Of a stretch of DNA of 64,000 nucleotides, positions 62,925-64,000 are shown piece by piece (positions within the stretch are counted from its first letter, which is position 1; every line of letters begins with the position of its first letter). The notes beneath the pieces were generated by a model. That model saw only the letters and a list, made by a program, of their open reading frames with translations. It was not told the DNA's origin and made no database searches. The position numbers were made by a program, and so were the translations under genes. The stretch is from Narcine bancroftii. Taxonomy: Eukaryota. The stretch lies in NCBI RefSeq assembly GCF_036971445.1, contig NC_091473.1, positions 192,758,001 through 192,822,000 of the forward strand. Reading direction: 5' to 3'.

Positions 62925-63450
62925 TTTTCCCCATATCCCTTAGTTCACCTAATGTGTAAAAATCTATCCAACTTTGTCTTAAATATATTTACTGAGTCAC
63001 CTTAACTGCTTTAATGGGCAGTGAATTCCACAGATTCCCCACCCTCTGGGAAAAGTAGTTCCTCCTCAACTCTGTTCTAAATCTACTACCCTGAATCTAG
63101 AGATTATGTCCCCTCGTTCTGGTCTCCCCCACCAATGGAAACAACTTACCTCCCTCTATCTTATCTGTGCTTTTCATAATTTTATATATTTCTATTATCC
63201 CATTCTTCTAAATTCCAGTGAGTACAGTCCCAGACAACTCAGTCTCTCTTCAAAGGCCAACCCATTTATCTCTGGAATCAACCTGGTGAACCTCCTCTGC
63301 ACCACCTTCAAAGCCAGTACATCCTTCCTCAGGTAAGGAGACCAGGTCTGCCGCTGATTGATGCAGCCTCACCAGGACCTTGTATAATTACAACACAATC
63401 TGCCTGCTCCTAAATTCAATCCCTCCAGCACTGAAGGCCAGCATTCCAGT
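62925..63450 (-). mobile_element. CR1 3' fragment
   Basis: Reverse complement of LRKDV..L..VQRRFTRLIP and the CR1 3'UTR. Confidence 0.8.
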
Positions 63451-63566
63451 CCCTGAACTCCTGCAATGTATCCATGGCTGGAAAAGCCAGTGTTGATTTC
63501 CTTTCCTTAATTATGTCCACATTGTTAAAACCCACCTTATGATTCGCAACATAAATAAATCGATAG

Positions 63567-63567
<1 letters not shown>

Positions 63568-63600
<33 letters not shown>
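63568..63600. repeat. (TCAA)n microsatellite
   Basis: Directly visible. Confidence 0.9.
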
Positions 63601-63601
<1 letters not shown>

Positions 63602-63689
63602 GAAGGTTTGTGGAAGGACCCAGTTGGCCAAGTAGCATTGGTGGAGCAAAACCCATCAGAATCAGGATTTATTGTCATGAACATGTGCC

Positions 63690-63987
63690 AATGAGAGTCA
63701 AAGAAGTAACTGTGAGGGTGAAAAACCAGAATAAAACAGTAAAGGACATCACCCAAACCTTAGGATGACCAAAATCAACTGTTTGGAACATCAGTGAGAA
63801 GAAAGAGGGTCCTGGTGATCTCAGTCATCGCAATGGGACTGGTCGACCAAGGAAAATCTCCACTGTTGATGACAGAAGGAATCTCAGCAGAATGAAGAAA
63901 AATCCCAAACGTCTGTCGGACAAATGAGAAACACTCTTCAGGAGGCAGGTGTGGATACGTCAATGACGACTCTCCACAGGAGACTAA
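63690..63987 (+). mobile_element. Tc1/mariner transposase N-terminal fragment
   Basis: KNQNKTVKDITQTLG*PKSTVWNI...GTGRPRKIST.DDRR...LQEAGV..S.TTLHRRL (paired-like HTH plus GRPR motif). Confidence 0.8.
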
Positions 63988-64000
63988 GGTTTGACGATGT

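Noticed and set aside
1-64000. CRISPR arrays, rRNA or genuine tRNA genes, prokaryotic operons
   Set aside because: None seen; tRNA similarity is limited to PBSs and a SINE head.

Overview
Vertebrate genomic DNA, almost certainly a cartilaginous fish (inferred from a sigma-cart/type I (NS5-like) immunoglobulin light-chain constant exon and the repeat complement). Nearly the whole window is a multi-layer nest of retroelements: L1-clade LINEs (four full or near-full length), RTE, CR1, Rex/Babar, Penelope, Gypsy, class III ERVs, a SINE and a Tc1 fragment. The only recognisable host gene piece is an orphan, doubly damaged IgL C exon (17145-17414, minus strand) with its 3'UTR and poly(A) signal; no V, J or RSS-flanked segment was found. 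The most striking element is a very young 5.6-kb class III (ERV-L/ERV-S-like) provirus (20783-26381). It has near-identical 774-bp LTRs, a tRNA-Ser PBS and a gag-UGA-pol junction followed by a hairpin. About five internal deletions all appear to preserve the reading frame, leaving mini-Gag, mini-Pol and a signal peptide+TM mini-Env. Also seen: an L1 3' transduction, twin-priming-type 5' inversions in an RTE and an L1, a Gypsy element whose PBS position is complementary to its own poly(A) signal, and signs of old segmental duplication. All comparisons were made by eye; family names come from recalled motifs, not database searches, and boundaries without a quoted TSD are approximate.
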